Assembly (NCBI GenBank): GCA_020721205.1
Contig: DYNF01000003.1
Location: forward strand, 15,038 to 79,037
From: Prochloron sp. SulCav_FS08_3_32_3330
GTDB taxonomy: Bacteria > Cyanobacteriota > Cyanobacteriia > Cyanobacteriales > DYNF01
Reading direction: 5' to 3'
DNA: 64,000 nucleotides
How positions within the stretch are numbered: the stretch's first letter is position 1; each line of letters begins with the position of its first letter. Positions 36,777 to 49,160 of this stretch are shown piece after piece. The position numbers and the translations under genes were made by a program. The notes below the pieces were generated by a model, which was not told the origin of the DNA, did no database searches, and saw only the letters and a list, made by a program, of their open reading frames with translations.

Positions 36777-38156
36777 ATGAATAATCTTGAACAATATTAT
36801 CAAATTTTAAACCTAAAAAAGACAGCATCATTAACAGATATTAAACAAGCTTATCGTCAACAAGCGAGAAAATATCATCCCGATCGCTTTGTCAATGAGC
36901 CGGAAAAACAAGAAGAAGCACAGGAAAAGTTTAAACAAATTAATCAAGCTTACGAAATATTAAAAGCTTATTTTTCTCATGATCAAAAAGCTGTTAGTCA
37001 AGATATTATTGCGAAAAAAACTACTCCTGAATTTTATTATAATTTAGGTATTCAAACAGCAGAAAAAGAAAATTATGAAGAATCTTTAGATTATTTTGCT
37101 AGGGCAATTAAATTAAATCCCGAATATTTGGAAGCTTTATTATATCGGAAAAAAGTATTAGAAAAATTAGGTTTTGAAAATAGAGCAAAAGCCGATGCTA
37201 GAAGAATTTTAGAAATAGAATTAAGTTTAAGAAATATCTCCAAAAATTCACCGATTAATAGTCCTTGGCAATCTAAAATTGTGTTAAAAGGACATTTTGG
37301 GGCTGTTAATGCTATTCTTAATTATCAAGATCAATATTTTGTTAGTGCTGGAAATGATAAAACTATTAAAATTTGGAATTGTAAAAATTTTAGTTTAATT
37401 AATACTTTAAAAGGTCATTCAGGCAAAATAAATAGTATTGATATTAGTAAAAATGGTAAAATTTTAGCCAGTGGAAGTAAGGATCAAACGATTAAAATTT
37501 GGGAGGTCATAAAGGGAAATTTATTAATAACATTAGGGGGTTTATTTTCGGGACATTCTGCTCAAGTTTTAGCGGTAAAATTTACCCATAATCATAGATA
37601 TATATTAAGTACAAGTCTTGACAAAACTATTAAATTATGGGATATTGAAACGAGAAAAGAAATTTATACCATTAAAGATTTATTACACCCTATTTTCGCT
37701 TTAATTTTAAGTCCAGATGGTCAAACATTTGTAAGTGTAGGAGCAGAAAAATATCTAATTATTAGAAATGTTAAAAATGGAAAAATCATTAAATCTATTA
37801 AAGTTTATTCTAAAATTTTAGCGATTGCTTATCATCCAAAACAGGCAATCCTAGCGGTAGGTTGTCAAGATGGTACAATTCAACTATTTAATTTAGAAAC
37901 TAAACAAAAAATATTAGATTTAAAAGCTAATTTTATGGGGATTTCTAGTATTTTATTTACTGTAGATGGAAACTATTTGATTAGTGTAGATTTAGATAAT
38001 ATAGTGATCAAATGGGAGGTAAAAACGGGTAAAAAAATTGATTATTTTCAACCGAAAATTAAACAGATTTTATCTTTAGCTATTAGTTTAAATAGTAAAA
38101 CATTAATAATCGGAACAAATAATGGTCAAATTTCAATTTGGAATCATAATATTTAA
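36777..38156 (+). CDS. J-domain / TPR / WD40-repeat protein
   Basis: J domain YYQILNL...[18 protein letters not shown]40 blades with GH...D.TIKIW repeats. Confidence 0.85.
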   Translation: MNNLEQYYQILNLKKTASLTDIKQAYRQQARKYHPDRFVNEPEKQEEAQEKFKQINQAYEILKAYFSHDQKAVSQDIIAKKTTPEFYYNLGIQTAEKENYEESLDYFARAIKLNPEYLEALLYRKKVLEKLGFENRAKADARRILEIELSLRNISKNSPINSPWQSKIVLKGHFGAVNAILNYQDQYFVSAGNDKTIKIWNCKNFSLINTLKGHSGKINSIDISKNGKILASGSKDQTIKIWEVIKGNLLITLGGLFSGHSAQVLAVKFTHNHRYILSTSLDKTIKLWDIETRKEIYTIKDLLHPIFALILSPDGQTFVSVGAEKYLIIRNVKNGKIIKSIKVYSKILAIAYHPKQAILAVGCQDGTIQLFNLETKQKILDLKANFMGISSILFTVDGNYLISVDLDNIVIKWEVKTGKKIDYFQPKIKQILSLAISLNSKTLIIGTNNGQISIWNHNI

Positions 38157-38192
38157 TCTAAAATTTGGTTTAGATATCTCCATTTTTTACAA

Positions 38193-40085
38193 TTAATGAA
38201 AATAATTATAAATGGTTTGTGCTAAATTTAAACCAATCCCAGAAACTTCCATTAATTGGGAAATATTTGCTTCTCTAATATAATCAAGAGAATGAAAATG
38301 AGCGAGTAATTTTTTCTGTCTTTCAAAACCTAAGCCGGGGATTTCTTCTAAATAGGAAATAATGCTTTTTTTCTGTCTTTGTTGACGATGAAAAGTTACA
38401 GCAAAACGGTGTGCCTCATCTCTGAGTCTTCTTAATAATTTAACTCCGGCTTGATCTGGATCAGTTTTCAAAGGAAAAGATTGATTAGGAATAAATATTT
38501 CTTCCCTTTTTTTTGCTAAACTAACTACAGTTAAATAGGGTAAAATATCCATTTCTGTTAATACTTTAACTATGGCGGAAAGTTGACCTTTGCCTCCATC
38601 TATCATTAATAAATGAGGAAAATTCTCATCTTGAGTTAAGTCTTTTTTCTTAACATTAAGAAAAGGCTTAAAACGTCTTTCTATTACTTCAGCAAGGGCG
38701 ACAAAATCATCGGAATGACCAATAGTAATATCAGGATTTTTAATCTGATAATGACGGTAATATTGTTTAGCAGGAATCCCGTCTATAAATACAACTTGAG
38801 ATCCCACAGCATTTGAGCCTTGTAAATGAGAAATATCATAACCTTCTATCCGTTTAGGGGCTTGAGATAGGTTTAAAATTTTTGCTAAATCTATCATTGC
38901 TAAATTATTTTGATCTAGGAATTTTTGAGTTCTTTTTAATTCATATTCGGCGTTTTTATGTACCATTTCTACTAATTCTGCTTTCTTCTGTCTTTGAGGT
39001 GTTAAAATATCTACTTTTATGCCCTTTTTTTCTGTTAAAAATTTACCTAATATTTCGGGATAAGGAAGGGCATATTGTACTAAAATTTGACTAGGTATTT
39101 CTAAAGAATCAACATAACTATAATGTTCTTCTAATACTTTTTGTAAAATGAGACCTAAATTATCTTTAATCGCAGGGAAAAAATTAGTAATATCTACAAA
39201 AAAGCCTAATCTCCCCACTAAATGACTAGCCCTAATTTGAAATAGTTGAATACAACTATGATGATGATCAAAAGCTAAAGCAATAACATCTTTTGAGCTT
39301 GTATCAGCACCTAAAGAGACTTTTTGATCTACATTTAAAAAGGTTAAAGCTTGAATTTGATCCCGAATTTTACTAGCCAATTCAAATTTTAAATTTTCAG
39401 AAGCGATGGTCATTTGTTCTGTTAAAATATTTCTTAATTCTGTTGTTCTACCTTGAAAAATCATGGCAACTTTTTCCACATTTGTTTGATAATCTTCGGG
39501 GGTAATTAATGATTGACAAACCCCCGGACATTTCCCTAAATCATAATTTAAACAGGGACGATTTTTAAATAAAGGTTTACTCCTTTGACGGAGGGGAAAA
39601 TTTTGCTGGATAATCTCTAAAGTTTTGCGTAATAAACTGGTATCTACATAAGGTCCATAATAACGATCTTTTTTATTACTCATTTTTCGTTTACGAGTAA
39701 TAAAAATACGGGGATATTTTTCAGACCAAGTAATACAAATATAAGGATATTTCTTATCATCTTTGAGTAAAATATTGAAGTAAGGATTATATTTTTTAAT
39801 TAAATTTGCTTCTAAAACTAAAGCCTCCGCTTCCGTATCAGTAACGATAAACTCGATATCTGTTATCTGTTTAATCATCATAGTAATACGAGGAGAGTGA
39901 GATACAGATTCTCTAAAATACGACTGGACACGACTTCTAAGCTTTTTTGACTTACCAATATATAAGATGATATCCCTTTCATCTCGCATTAAATAGATGC
40001 CCGGAAATAACGGTATTTCTTGAAGTCTAGCTTGTAATATTTCCGGGGTGTCAATTAAGGGTAAAATTGTTTTATTTTCACTCAT
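38193..40085 (-). CDS. uvrC: Excinuclease ABC subunit C
   Basis: GIY-YIG (GIYLMRD...LYIGKS), UVR domain, RNase H-like endonuclease domain, C-terminal (HhH)2. Confidence 0.95.
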   Translation of the reverse strand: MSENKTILPLIDTPEILQARLQEIPLFPGIYLMRDERDIILYIGKSKKLRSRVQSYFRESVSHSPRITMMIKQITDIEFIVTDTEAEALVLEANLIKKYNPYFNILLKDDKKYPYICITWSEKYPRIFITRKRKMSNKKDRYYGPYVDTSLLRKTLEIIQQNFPLRQRSKPLFKNRPCLNYDLGKCPGVCQSLITPEDYQTNVEKVAMIFQGRTTELRNILTEQMTIASENLKFELASKIRDQIQALTFLNVDQKVSLGADTSSKDVIALAFDHHHSCIQLFQIRASHLVGRLGFFVDITNFFPAIKDNLGLILQKVLEEHYSYVDSLEIPSQILVQYALPYPEILGKFLTEKKGIKVDILTPQRQKKAELVEMVHKNAEYELKRTQKFLDQNNLAMIDLAKILNLSQAPKRIEGYDISHLQGSNAVGSQVVFIDGIPAKQYYRHYQIKNPDITIGHSDDFVALAEVIERRFKPFLNVKKKDLTQDENFPHLLMIDGGKGQLSAIVKVLTEMDILPYLTVVSLAKKREEIFIPNQSFPLKTDPDQAGVKLLRRLRDEAHRFAVTFHRQQRQKKSIISYLEEIPGLGFERQKKLLAHFHSLDYIREANISQLMEVSGIGLNLAQTIYNYFH

Positions 40086-40552
40086 TTATTGATTAGAATA
40101 AAAATATGATAAAATGTTAGATAATATTAGTTTAATAGATAAATATTATCTATTAATCTTTCAAAAAGTGCAAGTTCTGAATTGATCTTACTTTTTTTAC
40201 TTTTATTTACAGTTTTCTCAGAATTAACTCTGAATATAAATAATTTTTAAGCAAAATTTTAAATTTAACAAAAAATTAATAATTGGCTTAAAGTCTTGTC
40301 AATCCTTAGATTAGATCATATTAGCTTTCGATTTCGGTTAAATTTAAAGACAGTTTAATCATATTTGAAACAAATTGTAATGAAATAAATAGCCATAAGT
40401 AAGTATAATAAGAATGTTTACTTATGAGTATTAATAAATAGGCAAAAAATGTGATTACTAAAAATTCTAACATAAAGATAAAAAAATTAATAATTAATAA
40501 TCAAGAAAACCTAAATATAAAAAATTAACTACCCGAAAAGGAATGATCAATT

Positions 40553-43500
40553 ATGATGTCTGAATCCCATGTTTCTCAAAATTCTTCTGACTTATTTTGT
40601 CTCGAAAATGATGCTTGTTGGCAATCTTTAATGAGTCAAAATATTTTAGGGATTGCCCAAGTTAGTTTAACAAGAGAATGGCTAAAAGGGAATCAAAGAA
40701 TTAGCGAAATCTTAGGTTATTCTTGGGAAGAATTGCCTCAAATCAAAGTAGAATATATTACTTATCCTGATGATTTTGCCTTAGAAATTGAACAAATAAT
40801 TAAGTTAAATAATAATCAAAATTATAATTTTTGTATTGAGAAAAGATATATTCGTAAAGATCGCAGTGTAATCTGGGTAAAACAAACCTTTTCTCCCCTT
40901 AAAGATCCAGCAGGAAATATTAAATCTTACTTATTAATTCTGGAGGATATTAGAGACAAAAAGATCAGTGAAATTAACCTAGCAAAAAGTAATAAAAAAC
41001 TGGATAAAGTCTTAGATTCAATGAATGTCTTAGTTGCTAAACATCAACAGGCAAAAAATGAATTGATTGAGAGGTCTCACTATGCTAAATTAGGAGGAGA
41101 TATTGGTTTTGCCCTAACTCAAAGTAAAACATTAGATGAACTTTTAAAATGTTGTACGGAGGCGATTGTACAACATTTGAATATTAATATTGCTTATATT
41201 TGGACTGTTAATCAACAGGAAAATTTACCTCAATTAGTTTTACAAAGTTTTAGTCATAAAACGGAAGAAATTGCCACAAGATTTCAAGACATTTTAACCT
41301 ATTTTAATATTAATTCTATTCTGGAAACTGGTCGTCCTTGTTTAGTAGATAATCTTTTATATTTACCTCAATCTGAGACTTTTTCTAAAAAAGATAATCT
41401 CATTTCTTTTATTGGTTATCCTTTAAAAATTGAAGAAAAAATAATCGGTGTTATTGGTTTTTTAGCTAGTCATTCTTTTAGTCAAAATACCCTCGATGCT
41501 ATTAGTGGCATAACGGATCAAATAGCCCTCGGTATTCAACACAAACAAAATGAAGCTATTTTACATCAAGAAAGACAACATTTACAACAGATTGTTACTT
41601 ATGCCCCGGTGGCGATCGCTATGTTTGATAATCAGATGAATTATCTTGCTTACTCTCAACAATGGTTGATAGATTATGACTTAGAAAATCAAGATTTAAG
41701 GGAAAAAAACTATTATCAAACTATACCAGATTTGCCTTTACAATGGAAAGAAATTCATCAAAAAGTATTAGCAGGAAATATACAATCTCACCCTGAAGAC
41801 CTTTTTATTCGAGCAAATGGAAAGCATCTTTATTTAAGATGGGCAATGCACCCTTGGTATAATATTGATAATAGTATTGGGGGCTTTATTATGGCGACTC
41901 AAGTGATTAATGAATTAGTAGAAGCAAGGGAAAAAGCTTTAGAAATGATTAAACTTAAATCGCACTTTTTTACGGCAATGAGTCATGATATTCGCACTCC
42001 CATGAATGGGGTATTAGGCATGACAGATTTACTCTTAAAAACCCCTTTAAATCGGGAACAAAAAGATTTTGTAGAAACCTTAAAAACCAGTGGACAAAAT
42101 CTCCTTTCAATTATTAATGATTTACTCGATTTTTCTAAATTAGAAGCGGGAGAAATGTCCTTAAATATTCAAGTTTTTGATATTCAAGAATGTTTAGAAA
42201 ATGTGATTGATTTATTAGGAAATCAGGCGACTAATAAAGGGATTGAATTATTATTATTAATCGCTAAAAATGTACCTCCTTTTATCTTGGGCGATCGCAA
42301 CCGAGTGCAACAAGTTTTAATGAATTTAAGCAGTAATGCGATTAAATTTACAGAAAAAGGCTCAGTAAAAATTAATGTTACTGTGGAAAGCGAAACCGAA
42401 TTACAAATTAAACTTAAATTTGAGATTGAAGATACGGGTATTGGTATCGCTTTAGAAGATCAAGATAAACTTTTCCGATCCTTTTCTCAAGTCGGGGAGG
42501 CACAAAGGGGCAAATATGGTGGCACAGGGCTAGGATTATCTATTTGTAAGCAATTGACCGATTTGATGCTAGGAGAAATTGGGGTTAATAGTGAAATTAA
42601 GTCCGGCTCAACATTTTGGTTTAGTTTATCCTTTGGCAAACAACTTCACCCGGAAGTTTTATCCCTATCGGAAATATCACCCCTTGAAGGCTTAAAACTC
42701 CTATTAATTGATCATTCTTTAAGTTACCAAATGATTTACAGTTATGCCGAAAACTGGCAAATGGAATGGTATCAAGCTCCTACCTTAGCCACTGCTATTC
42801 ATAGCCTTCATCAAGAAGCCAATACGTCTCATCCCTATAATATCGCTTTAGTAGACCTTCAAAGTACCCAAATTGACCCGATTCAATTAAATAAAATTAT
42901 TCAAACCGATCCCCTTTTGCAAAAAACCCGTTGGCTTTTTCTGATCACAAATAACCAATATCATCAAGTGCAACCCCTTTTAAATCAAGAGATAGACGGA
43001 TATATACTCAAACCTCTGCGCGTATCTCATTTATTCGATACCTTTATGAATGTGGTGACCAAAAGTGATATTATAATTCACAATCCCGCTAACAGTCCCA
43101 TAAATAAGGCATTACGCCAGAATTTCCGTATTTTATTAGTGGAAGATACCCCCACTAATCAAAAAGTGATCACCTATCAATTACAATTGTTAGGATATCA
43201 GATTAACTGTGTGAATAATGGACAAGAAGCTCTAAATGAATTACATAGACAGCCTTATGACTTGGTGTTAATGGACTGTTTAATGCCCGTATTAGATGGT
43301 TATGAAGCCACGCGCCGAGTGAGACAAGAGGAAGGGCAATCTCGCCATACGATTATTATTGCCATGACTGCTCATGCCTTTGATCAAGATCGGCAAAAAT
43401 GCCTTGATGTGGGGATGGACGACTATATTAGTAAACCTGTTACGATTGAAACTTTAGATGCGGTTTTAAGCCGTTGGCTACCCGAAAAAACTGATATTAC

Positions 43501-43882
43501 TTTTGATCTCACACCGGATATTCCTCAAATTTTCCTTTCTCATGGGGCTGATATCATTGATTTTAAACGTCTTGACGAATTAACGAGAGGTGATACTAAA
43601 TTTCAAAGGGAAGTAATATCAACTTTTGTGGAAGACGCATTTGAATATGTGAAAAAAATTCAGACCAGTATTGATACAGATCAACCGGAAGAAGTTTCCC
43701 ATTATGCCCATCAGTTAAAGGGATCATCTTCCATGACGGGTATTTATCATATTCCTCAAATGGCTAAAAATTTAGAAATTACAGCTAAAGAAAATCCTGA
43801 AGATTTACCTCAATATTTATGTTTAATTCCGCAAATTCAATCTATTTTAGAAAAAGTCCAATCTTTTTTAAATGAATCATAA
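40553..43882 (+). CDS. Hybrid sensor histidine kinase (PAS-GAF-PAS-HisKA-HATPase-pseudoreceiver-receiver-Hpt)
   Basis: H-box [17 protein letters not shown] boxes [10 protein letters not shown] and DTGIGI...GGTGLGLSI. Receiver [13 protein letters not shown]. Hpt HQLKGSS. Confidence 0.9.
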   Translation: MMSESHVSQNSSDLFCLENDACWQSLMSQNILGIAQVSLTREWLKGNQRISEILGYSWEELPQIKVEYITYPDDFALEIEQIIKLNNNQNYNFCIEKRYIRKDRSVIWVKQTFSPLKDPAGNIKSYLLILEDIRDKKISEINLAKSNKKLDKVLDSMNVLVAKHQQAKNELIERSHYAKLGGDIGFALTQSKTLDELLKCCTEAIVQHLNINIAYIWTVNQQENLPQLVLQSFSHKTEEIATRFQDILTYFNINSILETGRPCLVDNLLYLPQSETFSKKDNLISFIGYPLKIEEKIIGVIGFLASHSFSQNTLDAISGITDQIALGIQHKQNEAILHQERQHLQQIVTYAPVAIAMFDNQMNYLAYSQQWLIDYDLENQDLREKNYYQTIPDLPLQWKEIHQKVLAGNIQSHPEDLFIRANGKHLYLRWAMHPWYNIDNSIGGFIMATQVINELVEAREKALEMIKLKSHFFTAMSHDIRTPMNGVLGMTDLLLKTPLNREQKDFVETLKTSGQNLLSIINDLLDFSKLEAGEMSLNIQVFDIQECLENVIDLLGNQATNKGIELLLLIAKNVPPFILGDRNRVQQVLMNLSSNAIKFTEKGSVKINVTVESETELQIKLKFEIEDTGIGIALEDQDKLFRSFSQVGEAQRGKYGGTGLGLSICKQLTDLMLGEIGVNSEIKSGSTFWFSLSFGKQLHPEVLSLSEISPLEGLKLLLIDHSLSYQMIYSYAENWQMEWYQAPTLATAIHSLHQEANTSHPYNIALVDLQSTQIDPIQLNKIIQTDPLLQKTRWLFLITNNQYHQVQPLLNQEIDGYILKPLRVSHLFDTFMNVVTKSDIIIHNPANSPINKALRQNFRILLVEDTPTNQKVITYQLQLLGYQINCVNNGQEALNELHRQPYDLVLMDCLMPVLDGYEATRRVRQEEGQSRHTIIIAMTAHAFDQDRQKCLDVGMDDYISKPVTIETLDAVLSRWLPEKTDITFDLTPDIPQIFLSHGADIIDFKRLDELTRGDTKFQREVISTFVEDAFEYVKKIQTSIDTDQPEEVSHYAHQLKGSSSMTGIYHIPQMAKNLEITAKENPEDLPQYLCLIPQIQSILEKVQSFLNES

Positions 43883-43885
43883 TAA

Positions 43886-43913
43886 TTCAAAATTCAAAAT
43901 TCAAAATTCAAAA
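43886..43913. repeat. (TTCAAAA)4 heptamer tandem repeat directly after the kinase stop codon
   Basis: Read directly. Same heptamer array as at 34118 and 34270. Confidence 0.9.
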
Positions 43914-43961
43914 TTAATTTTCAAAATTAACTTATTTTAATCAACTTAGAAAGTAGCAAAA

Positions 43962-44627
43962 ATGAAAGTTCTATGTGTCCATCATAAAGGTGGAGTGGGA
44001 AAAACAACAACGGCAATTCATTTAACAGGAGTATTTCTTGCTCATGATTTTCAAGTTCTTTTAATTGATTGTGATTCTCAAGCTGATAGTTATAAATTCT
44101 TTACAGAAGGAATTGCTCCAAAACTTGATGGAAAACCGATTTCTACTCAAGAAGGAAAACTGACCTTGATCAGTGCAAAAAATAAAAATAATGTTAATAA
44201 TTTAGCAAAAGATATTAATAAATTAGCAAGAGATGAAAAATTTAATCATGTGGTGATTGATATTTCCACCGATTTACCTAATATTTCCACTATCCTAGTT
44301 GAAATTCAACCTGATTTAGTTATTTTGAGTGTGAAAAGAGATGATATTGGCTCTTTTAAGCATCTCAATGATATGTTAATGACTCTTGAACAAGCCCGTC
44401 CCATTCTTGGTTCTTCACTAACAGTTAAAATTCTACCAATTGGGGTTAATTATTCTGAATTTAAAGAATATATTGATACAAGTTTTAAAGATTATGACAT
44501 ACTTGATCCTGTTGATTGGCAACCGATTAAAGTGGGTAAAGCCGTTTTTATTAACTATGATTATATCTGGAATCAAACAGAATGTGAAGATTTTTGGAAT
44601 TACTATAAAAAAATTGTTATGGAGTAA
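43962..44627 (+). CDS. Small ParA/MinD-family ATPase
   Basis: Deviant Walker A HHKGGVGKTT including the signature Lys. LIDCDSQ. 221 aa. Confidence 0.85.
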   Translation: MKVLCVHHKGGVGKTTTAIHLTGVFLAHDFQVLLIDCDSQADSYKFFTEGIAPKLDGKPISTQEGKLTLISAKNKNNVNNLAKDINKLARDEKFNHVVIDISTDLPNISTILVEIQPDLVILSVKRDDIGSFKHLNDMLMTLEQARPILGSSLTVKILPIGVNYSEFKEYIDTSFKDYDILDPVDWQPIKVGKAVFINYDYIWNQTECEDFWNYYKKIVME

Positions 44628-44632
44628 AAAAA

Positions 44633-45112
44633 ATGACCAATTCTCAAAATCAATTTTCAATTTTACCACCTAAAAAATATCGAGATCCTTCCTTTGCTGG
44701 ACAAACTAAAGAACAATTAAAACAGACACACAAAGAATATATAGAAGAAACACTAAAAGCTTCAGTTCGTGAATCTTTAAAACAAGGAAAAATAGTACCT
44801 AAATTAATCGCTATTAGTGAAAATGGACAAAAACAACTTGATCAACTTCAAGCAATATTATGTATTTCAAAAAAAGAGTTACTTAATATGGCATTAGCTT
44901 ATGGTTATCACGAAACTAAACGAGAAAATATATCAATTGAACAACTCCGATCACAGATTGAAACTTTATCATTTAATCAAAATTTAGTAACATTTGAAAT
45001 AAATGAACAAGTATTAGATATTCTCTTTCAATCTGGAGTTACAGATGCACAATTTATTTATCTAAATATCGGTATTAATTTACTTTATGATCGTTTATTA
45101 AATTTTACATAA
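44633..45112 (+). CDS. Hypothetical protein, possible DNA-binding partner of the ParA-like ATPase
   Basis: 159 aa, starts 5 nt after the ParA stop. Charged disordered N-terminus. ISKKELLNMALAYGY is RHH-like. Confidence 0.5.
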   Translation: MTNSQNQFSILPPKKYRDPSFAGQTKEQLKQTHKEYIEETLKASVRESLKQGKIVPKLIAISENGQKQLDQLQAILCISKKELLNMALAYGYHETKRENISIEQLRSQIETLSFNQNLVTFEINEQVLDILFQSGVTDAQFIYLNIGINLLYDRLLNFT

Positions 45113-45123
45113 ATTAGATAATT

Positions 45124-45582
45124 ATGGAGCAATATATTGCTTATAATCTTGCCCTTGGTATAGTACAAACAAGCACAAAACGTAAACAAGAAATTGGTCA
45201 AACTTTGGCTAAACTTTTAGAATTTCAACCCGGACCATTAGGGGCTGATGGTGGCATAGATGGAGTTATTTTTAATCAAGATGGGGAGTTAATTCATTTT
45301 CAAAGCAAACTGAGTCAATCTAAACTCAATGTTGATCATGCCAAGCTTTTATATGCGGATATTATGTATCATCATGCCGTTATTAGTGTAGTATTAGCGG
45401 GTATAGGATACAAAAAAACTTTTAAAGAAAGATTGTTTGCCCATCCCTATCTTGAAAAAGTTAAAATACATCTTTTAACATTAGTTGATGTTTTAGCAAA
45501 AACAGATAATTATTATTCTGCTTTAGAAGATCTGCCTAAACTAAGATTATTTCAAGAAATTGACTGGAAACAATTTAGATAA
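45124..45582 (+). CDS. Mrr-cat-like PD-(D/E)xK restriction endonuclease-fold protein
   Basis: GADGGIDGVIF...IHFQSK matches the Mrr_cat D...(E/Q)xK core. Starts 11 nt after the preceding stop. Confidence 0.6.
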   Translation: MEQYIAYNLALGIVQTSTKRKQEIGQTLAKLLEFQPGPLGADGGIDGVIFNQDGELIHFQSKLSQSKLNVDHAKLLYADIMYHHAVISVVLAGIGYKKTFKERLFAHPYLEKVKIHLLTLVDVLAKTDNYYSALEDLPKLRLFQEIDWKQFR

Positions 45583-45729
45583 ATCTAAATAAGGGATAAT
45601 TACTTATTGTTTTATAAGTCCTGATTCATCACAATCAAGTTAAAATGTTTAAGATAATTTAGTTTAGAAATTAATTTTTTCTAATCAAAAATATGACAAA
45701 TTTATTCATCATTTAAAAGCTAATTAATC

Positions 45730-46296
45730 ATGATTCAAACTCCTGTAAAATCTCTTACTTTAAATGAATTTCTGGCACTTCCAGAAACAAAACCTGCTAG
45801 GGAATTTATTGATCATCAAATTATTCAAAAACCGATGCCCCAAGGAAAACATAGCCGAATCCAAGGAAAACTGATTGTGACGATGGAAGCTTTAGCTACT
45901 AATAATCCTCCGAAAGCCCTTGCTTTTCCTGAGTTAAGATGTACATTTGGCATCAGATCTATTGTGCCGGATGTGGTAGTTTTAAAGTATGAAAATATCC
46001 CCAGAGATGAGAATGGAGATATCGCAAATATTGTTAATCAAGCTCCTGATTTTACCATAGAAATATTATCCTCTGATCAAAATGTGATCAAGGTGATAAA
46101 TAATATTTTATACTGTTTAAATCATGGTTGTGCTTTAGGTTGGTTGATTGATCCTGCTTCAAAATCAGTGTTAGTTTATTTTCCCCAAAAACAACCTATT
46201 TATTTAGAAAATCCTCAAGAAATAATCCCAGCCCCTGAATTTTTAGCGGATTTAAAATTAACAATTGGTGATTTATTCTCATGGTTAAAATTTTAA
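45730..46296 (+). CDS. Uma2-family (DUF820) endonuclease
   Basis: LTLNEFLALPE...EFIDHQIIQKPMPQGKHSRIQGKL...PDVVV...PDFTIEILS. Confidence 0.85.
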   Translation: MIQTPVKSLTLNEFLALPETKPAREFIDHQIIQKPMPQGKHSRIQGKLIVTMEALATNNPPKALAFPELRCTFGIRSIVPDVVVLKYENIPRDENGDIANIVNQAPDFTIEILSSDQNVIKVINNILYCLNHGCALGWLIDPASKSVLVYFPQKQPIYLENPQEIIPAPEFLADLKLTIGDLFSWLKF

Positions 46297-46513
46297 ATTA
46301 TGTCTAACAAAATCCTCCACATTTTCTTACTCATCAAATCTCCAAATTTTTCAAAAATTCGAGGATTTATTTAAAAAAGTCTTAGGTTATTATATAATCT
46401 TAAAACAATGATAATAGACAATTTGTTAATTTTAAATAACTTGTGATTGTGAAAAAATAAAGCTAATTGTTTATTATCTATTATCCATTATTCAATAAGC
46501 TTGTCGGTATTAA

Positions 46514-48418
46514 ATGCAAACTTGGCAATTTATACAAAATTTATTTATTCCTAAAACTTGGAAACATTGGCTAGGTTTATTTATCTTTGCTTTATTAATC
46601 ACTGTGGCGATCGCCGCTCAAGATTTTTATACTTCTTTAATTAATCTCAGTGGGCAAGGTAAATTCACAATTATTCTGATTATTATTACTTTTTTACTTA
46701 ATGCTACCACTCGCCTATCCTCAGAAATTATTTTTTTAGGAGCTTTAGGAATCCTCTTTTTAAGTGGAATTTTAGATGAAAAAACTGCCCTCAAAGGCTT
46801 TAGTAATGGGGGTTTAATCACCGTAGCGGTATTATATATCGTGGTGGCTGGTTTACAACAAACAGGCACTTTAAGCTGGATCTCTCAACAGGTGTTAGGA
46901 TTACCGAAAACCCAAACAGGAGCGTTATTTCGCCTCCTTTTACCCATAATGGGTTTAAGTGCGTTTCTCAATAATACTCCGGTGGTAGCCATGTTTATCC
47001 CTGTTGTGAGGGAATGGTGTCGGAAATTACGCATTAGCCCGTCAAAATTGATGATTCCGGTTAGTTATGGGGCAATTTTCGGCGGAATGTGTACATTAAT
47101 CGGCACTAGCACCAATTTAGTGGTAAATGGCTTATTAATCGCTCAAACTGACTCCCCGGGCATGGGTTTATTTGATATTACTAAAATTGGTTTACCCTGT
47201 GCGATCATCGGTGCAACGGTGCTTTTATTGGGGCATAAGTGGCTTTTACCCGATCGCAAACCAGTGATTGATACCAGTGAAGATCAGCGTCAATATACGG
47301 TGGAATTTATTGTGACAGAAGGGAGTCCTTTAGCCGGAAAAACTGTCGAAAAAGCAGGATTAAGACATCTTCCCGGCTTATTTTTAGCTGAAATTCAAAG
47401 AGGAGAGCATATATTACCCGCCGTAAGCTCACAAGAAATCTTGGAAGAAAAAGATCAATTAATTTTTATCGGGATAGTAGACTCAATTATTGATTTACAC
47501 CGTTTAAGAGGCATTCAACCTGCGACGGATCAGGTATTTAAACTGGATACCCCTCGACAGGAGCGCTGTTTAGTGGAAGCAGTGGTATCTCATACCTGCC
47601 CCCTCGTGGAAAAAACGATTAGAGAGGGAAAATTTCGCTCTCAATATAACGCCGTTGTTTTAGCTGTGGCGCGTAATGGGGAAAGATTACAGGGGAAAAT
47701 CGGGGATATGATTTTGCGATCGGGGGATACCCTCTTATTAGAGGCACATTCTACCTTTTTAGATCAGCAAAGAATGTCCCAAGATTTTTATTTAGTTAGT
47801 GGTATCCCTAACACAGAGCCGATCCGCCATGAAAAAGCTCCTTTAGCCACTATCATTTTAATTATTATGGTAATTCTTGCTTCTTTTAGCGATTTTGGGA
47901 TGTTAAAAGCCGCCGTTTTAGCCTCAATTATCATGTTAATTACTAAATGTTGCTCTCCTCAACAGGCGATGGGTAACATTGAATGGTCAGTATTAGTGGT
48001 GATCGGGGCGGCTTTAGGCTTAGGAGAGGCTTTAGAAAGCACAGGAGGAGCAGAAGCGATCGCTACTACTTTTATGAGTTTTACGGGGAATAATCCTCTG
48101 ATGGCTTTAATTGTCGTTTATGGGATTACCACTTTCTTAACAGAAATTATTACAAATAATGCGGCGGCGGCGATTATGTTTTCGATTTCTTTATCTTTAG
48201 CTAATAGTTTAGAAGTTGATTATATGCCCTTTATTATTGCAATTATGATCGGTGCATCTGCCAGTTTTGCTACCCCAATCGGTTATCAAACTAATATGAT
48301 GGTTTATGGACCGGGGAGTTATAAATTTACAGATTTTTTCCGAGCGGGTATTCCTTTAAACTTGCTTTTTTGGGGAATTACTGTTATTTTAACCCCGATT
48401 TTTTATCCTTTTAATTAG
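46514..48418 (+). CDS. SLC13/DASS-family anion permease with two central TrkA-C (RCK_C) domains
   Basis: 634 aa. TM-rich halves flank EFIVTEGSPLAGKTV and EAVVSHTCPLVEKTI RCK_C-like modules. Confidence 0.8.
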   Translation: MQTWQFIQNLFIPKTWKHWLGLFIFALLITVAIAAQDFYTSLINLSGQGKFTIILIIITFLLNATTRLSSEIIFLGALGILFLSGILDEKTALKGFSNGGLITVAVLYIVVAGLQQTGTLSWISQQVLGLPKTQTGALFRLLLPIMGLSAFLNNTPVVAMFIPVVREWCRKLRISPSKLMIPVSYGAIFGGMCTLIGTSTNLVVNGLLIAQTDSPGMGLFDITKIGLPCAIIGATVLLLGHKWLLPDRKPVIDTSEDQRQYTVEFIVTEGSPLAGKTVEKAGLRHLPGLFLAEIQRGEHILPAVSSQEILEEKDQLIFIGIVDSIIDLHRLRGIQPATDQVFKLDTPRQERCLVEAVVSHTCPLVEKTIREGKFRSQYNAVVLAVARNGERLQGKIGDMILRSGDTLLLEAHSTFLDQQRMSQDFYLVSGIPNTEPIRHEKAPLATIILIIMVILASFSDFGMLKAAVLASIIMLITKCCSPQQAMGNIEWSVLVVIGAALGLGEALESTGGAEAIATTFMSFTGNNPLMALIVVYGITTFLTEIITNNAAAAIMFSISLSLANSLEVDYMPFIIAIMIGASASFATPIGYQTNMMVYGPGSYKFTDFFRAGIPLNLLFWGITVILTPIFYPFN

Positions 48419-48454
48419 TTATTAGTTATTTGTGTTAATATATAAATCTTTTTT

Positions 48455-48521
48455 CAAAAGTTGGGGATTTTTTTTTAGATCAGCATTTGTTTGTAAGATA
48501 TTCATAAAATCCCCAACTTTG
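48455..48521. terminator. Long hairpin CAAAAGTTGGGGATTT ... AAATCCCCAACTTTG (terminator-family motif)
   Basis: 15-bp stem read directly, downstream of the SLC13 gene. Confidence 0.55.
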
Positions 48522-48554
48522 TATTATTCTAACTTTAATCTGTCCTAAAAAATT

Positions 48555-49139
48555 ATGACTAATTCTCTCTCAATTTTACAACAATCTGTTACTAAAAATA
48601 AACCTAATCCTGAGCAGATTAATCAGGCTTTATTAGAAATAGAAAAAAACTCAAAAAAAAGCAAAGAATCTTATTTATTTCAACAATTATTAGGGACTTG
48701 GCAACTTTACTTTATTACGGGGACAAAAAAAGCGAAAAAAAGAGCAGGAATTGTTTTAGGAAAAGGCTTTTATTTACCTTCTTTTTTTAAAGCGACTCTT
48801 AACTATTCTTTAAATGAAAATCAAGGTAATACAGAAGAATTTATAGCAGGAATTATGAAAAATTCGGTCCAATTTGGTTTAATGAGTTTAACTTTTTCTG
48901 GTTGTGCTAAATTTTTACCTCAAAAAAATATTTTAGCTTTTGATTTTACCCGTATTAATATTGATTTTTTAGGTAAAACTATTTATCAAGGGGAAATAAG
49001 AGGAGGTAAAAATCAAGAGGCTAAATTTTATCAAGAAAAGATTAAAAAACAGGCTTTTTTTCATTATTTTTATCTGGGAGAAAATTTGATTTCAGCAAGG
49101 GGTAAAGGAGGCGGTTTAGCTATCTGGAAAAAAGTCTAA
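48555..49139 (+). CDS. Conserved hypothetical protein
   Basis: 194 aa. LLGTWQLYFITG is reminiscent of fibrillin/lipocalin-like folds, but the family is not assignable. Confidence 0.5.
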   Translation: MTNSLSILQQSVTKNKPNPEQINQALLEIEKNSKKSKESYLFQQLLGTWQLYFITGTKKAKKRAGIVLGKGFYLPSFFKATLNYSLNENQGNTEEFIAGIMKNSVQFGLMSLTFSGCAKFLPQKNILAFDFTRINIDFLGKTIYQGEIRGGKNQEAKFYQEKIKKQAFFHYFYLGENLISARGKGGGLAIWKKV

Positions 49140-49160
49140 TATTCTCAAATAAAATTAGAC

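Noticed and set aside
43962-45112. McdA/McdB carboxysome-positioning pair
   Set aside because: It cannot be supported from sequence. The second protein lacks the conserved C-terminal Trp and typical McdB composition, and no carboxysome genes are nearby. It is kept only as an alternative hypothesis in the findings.
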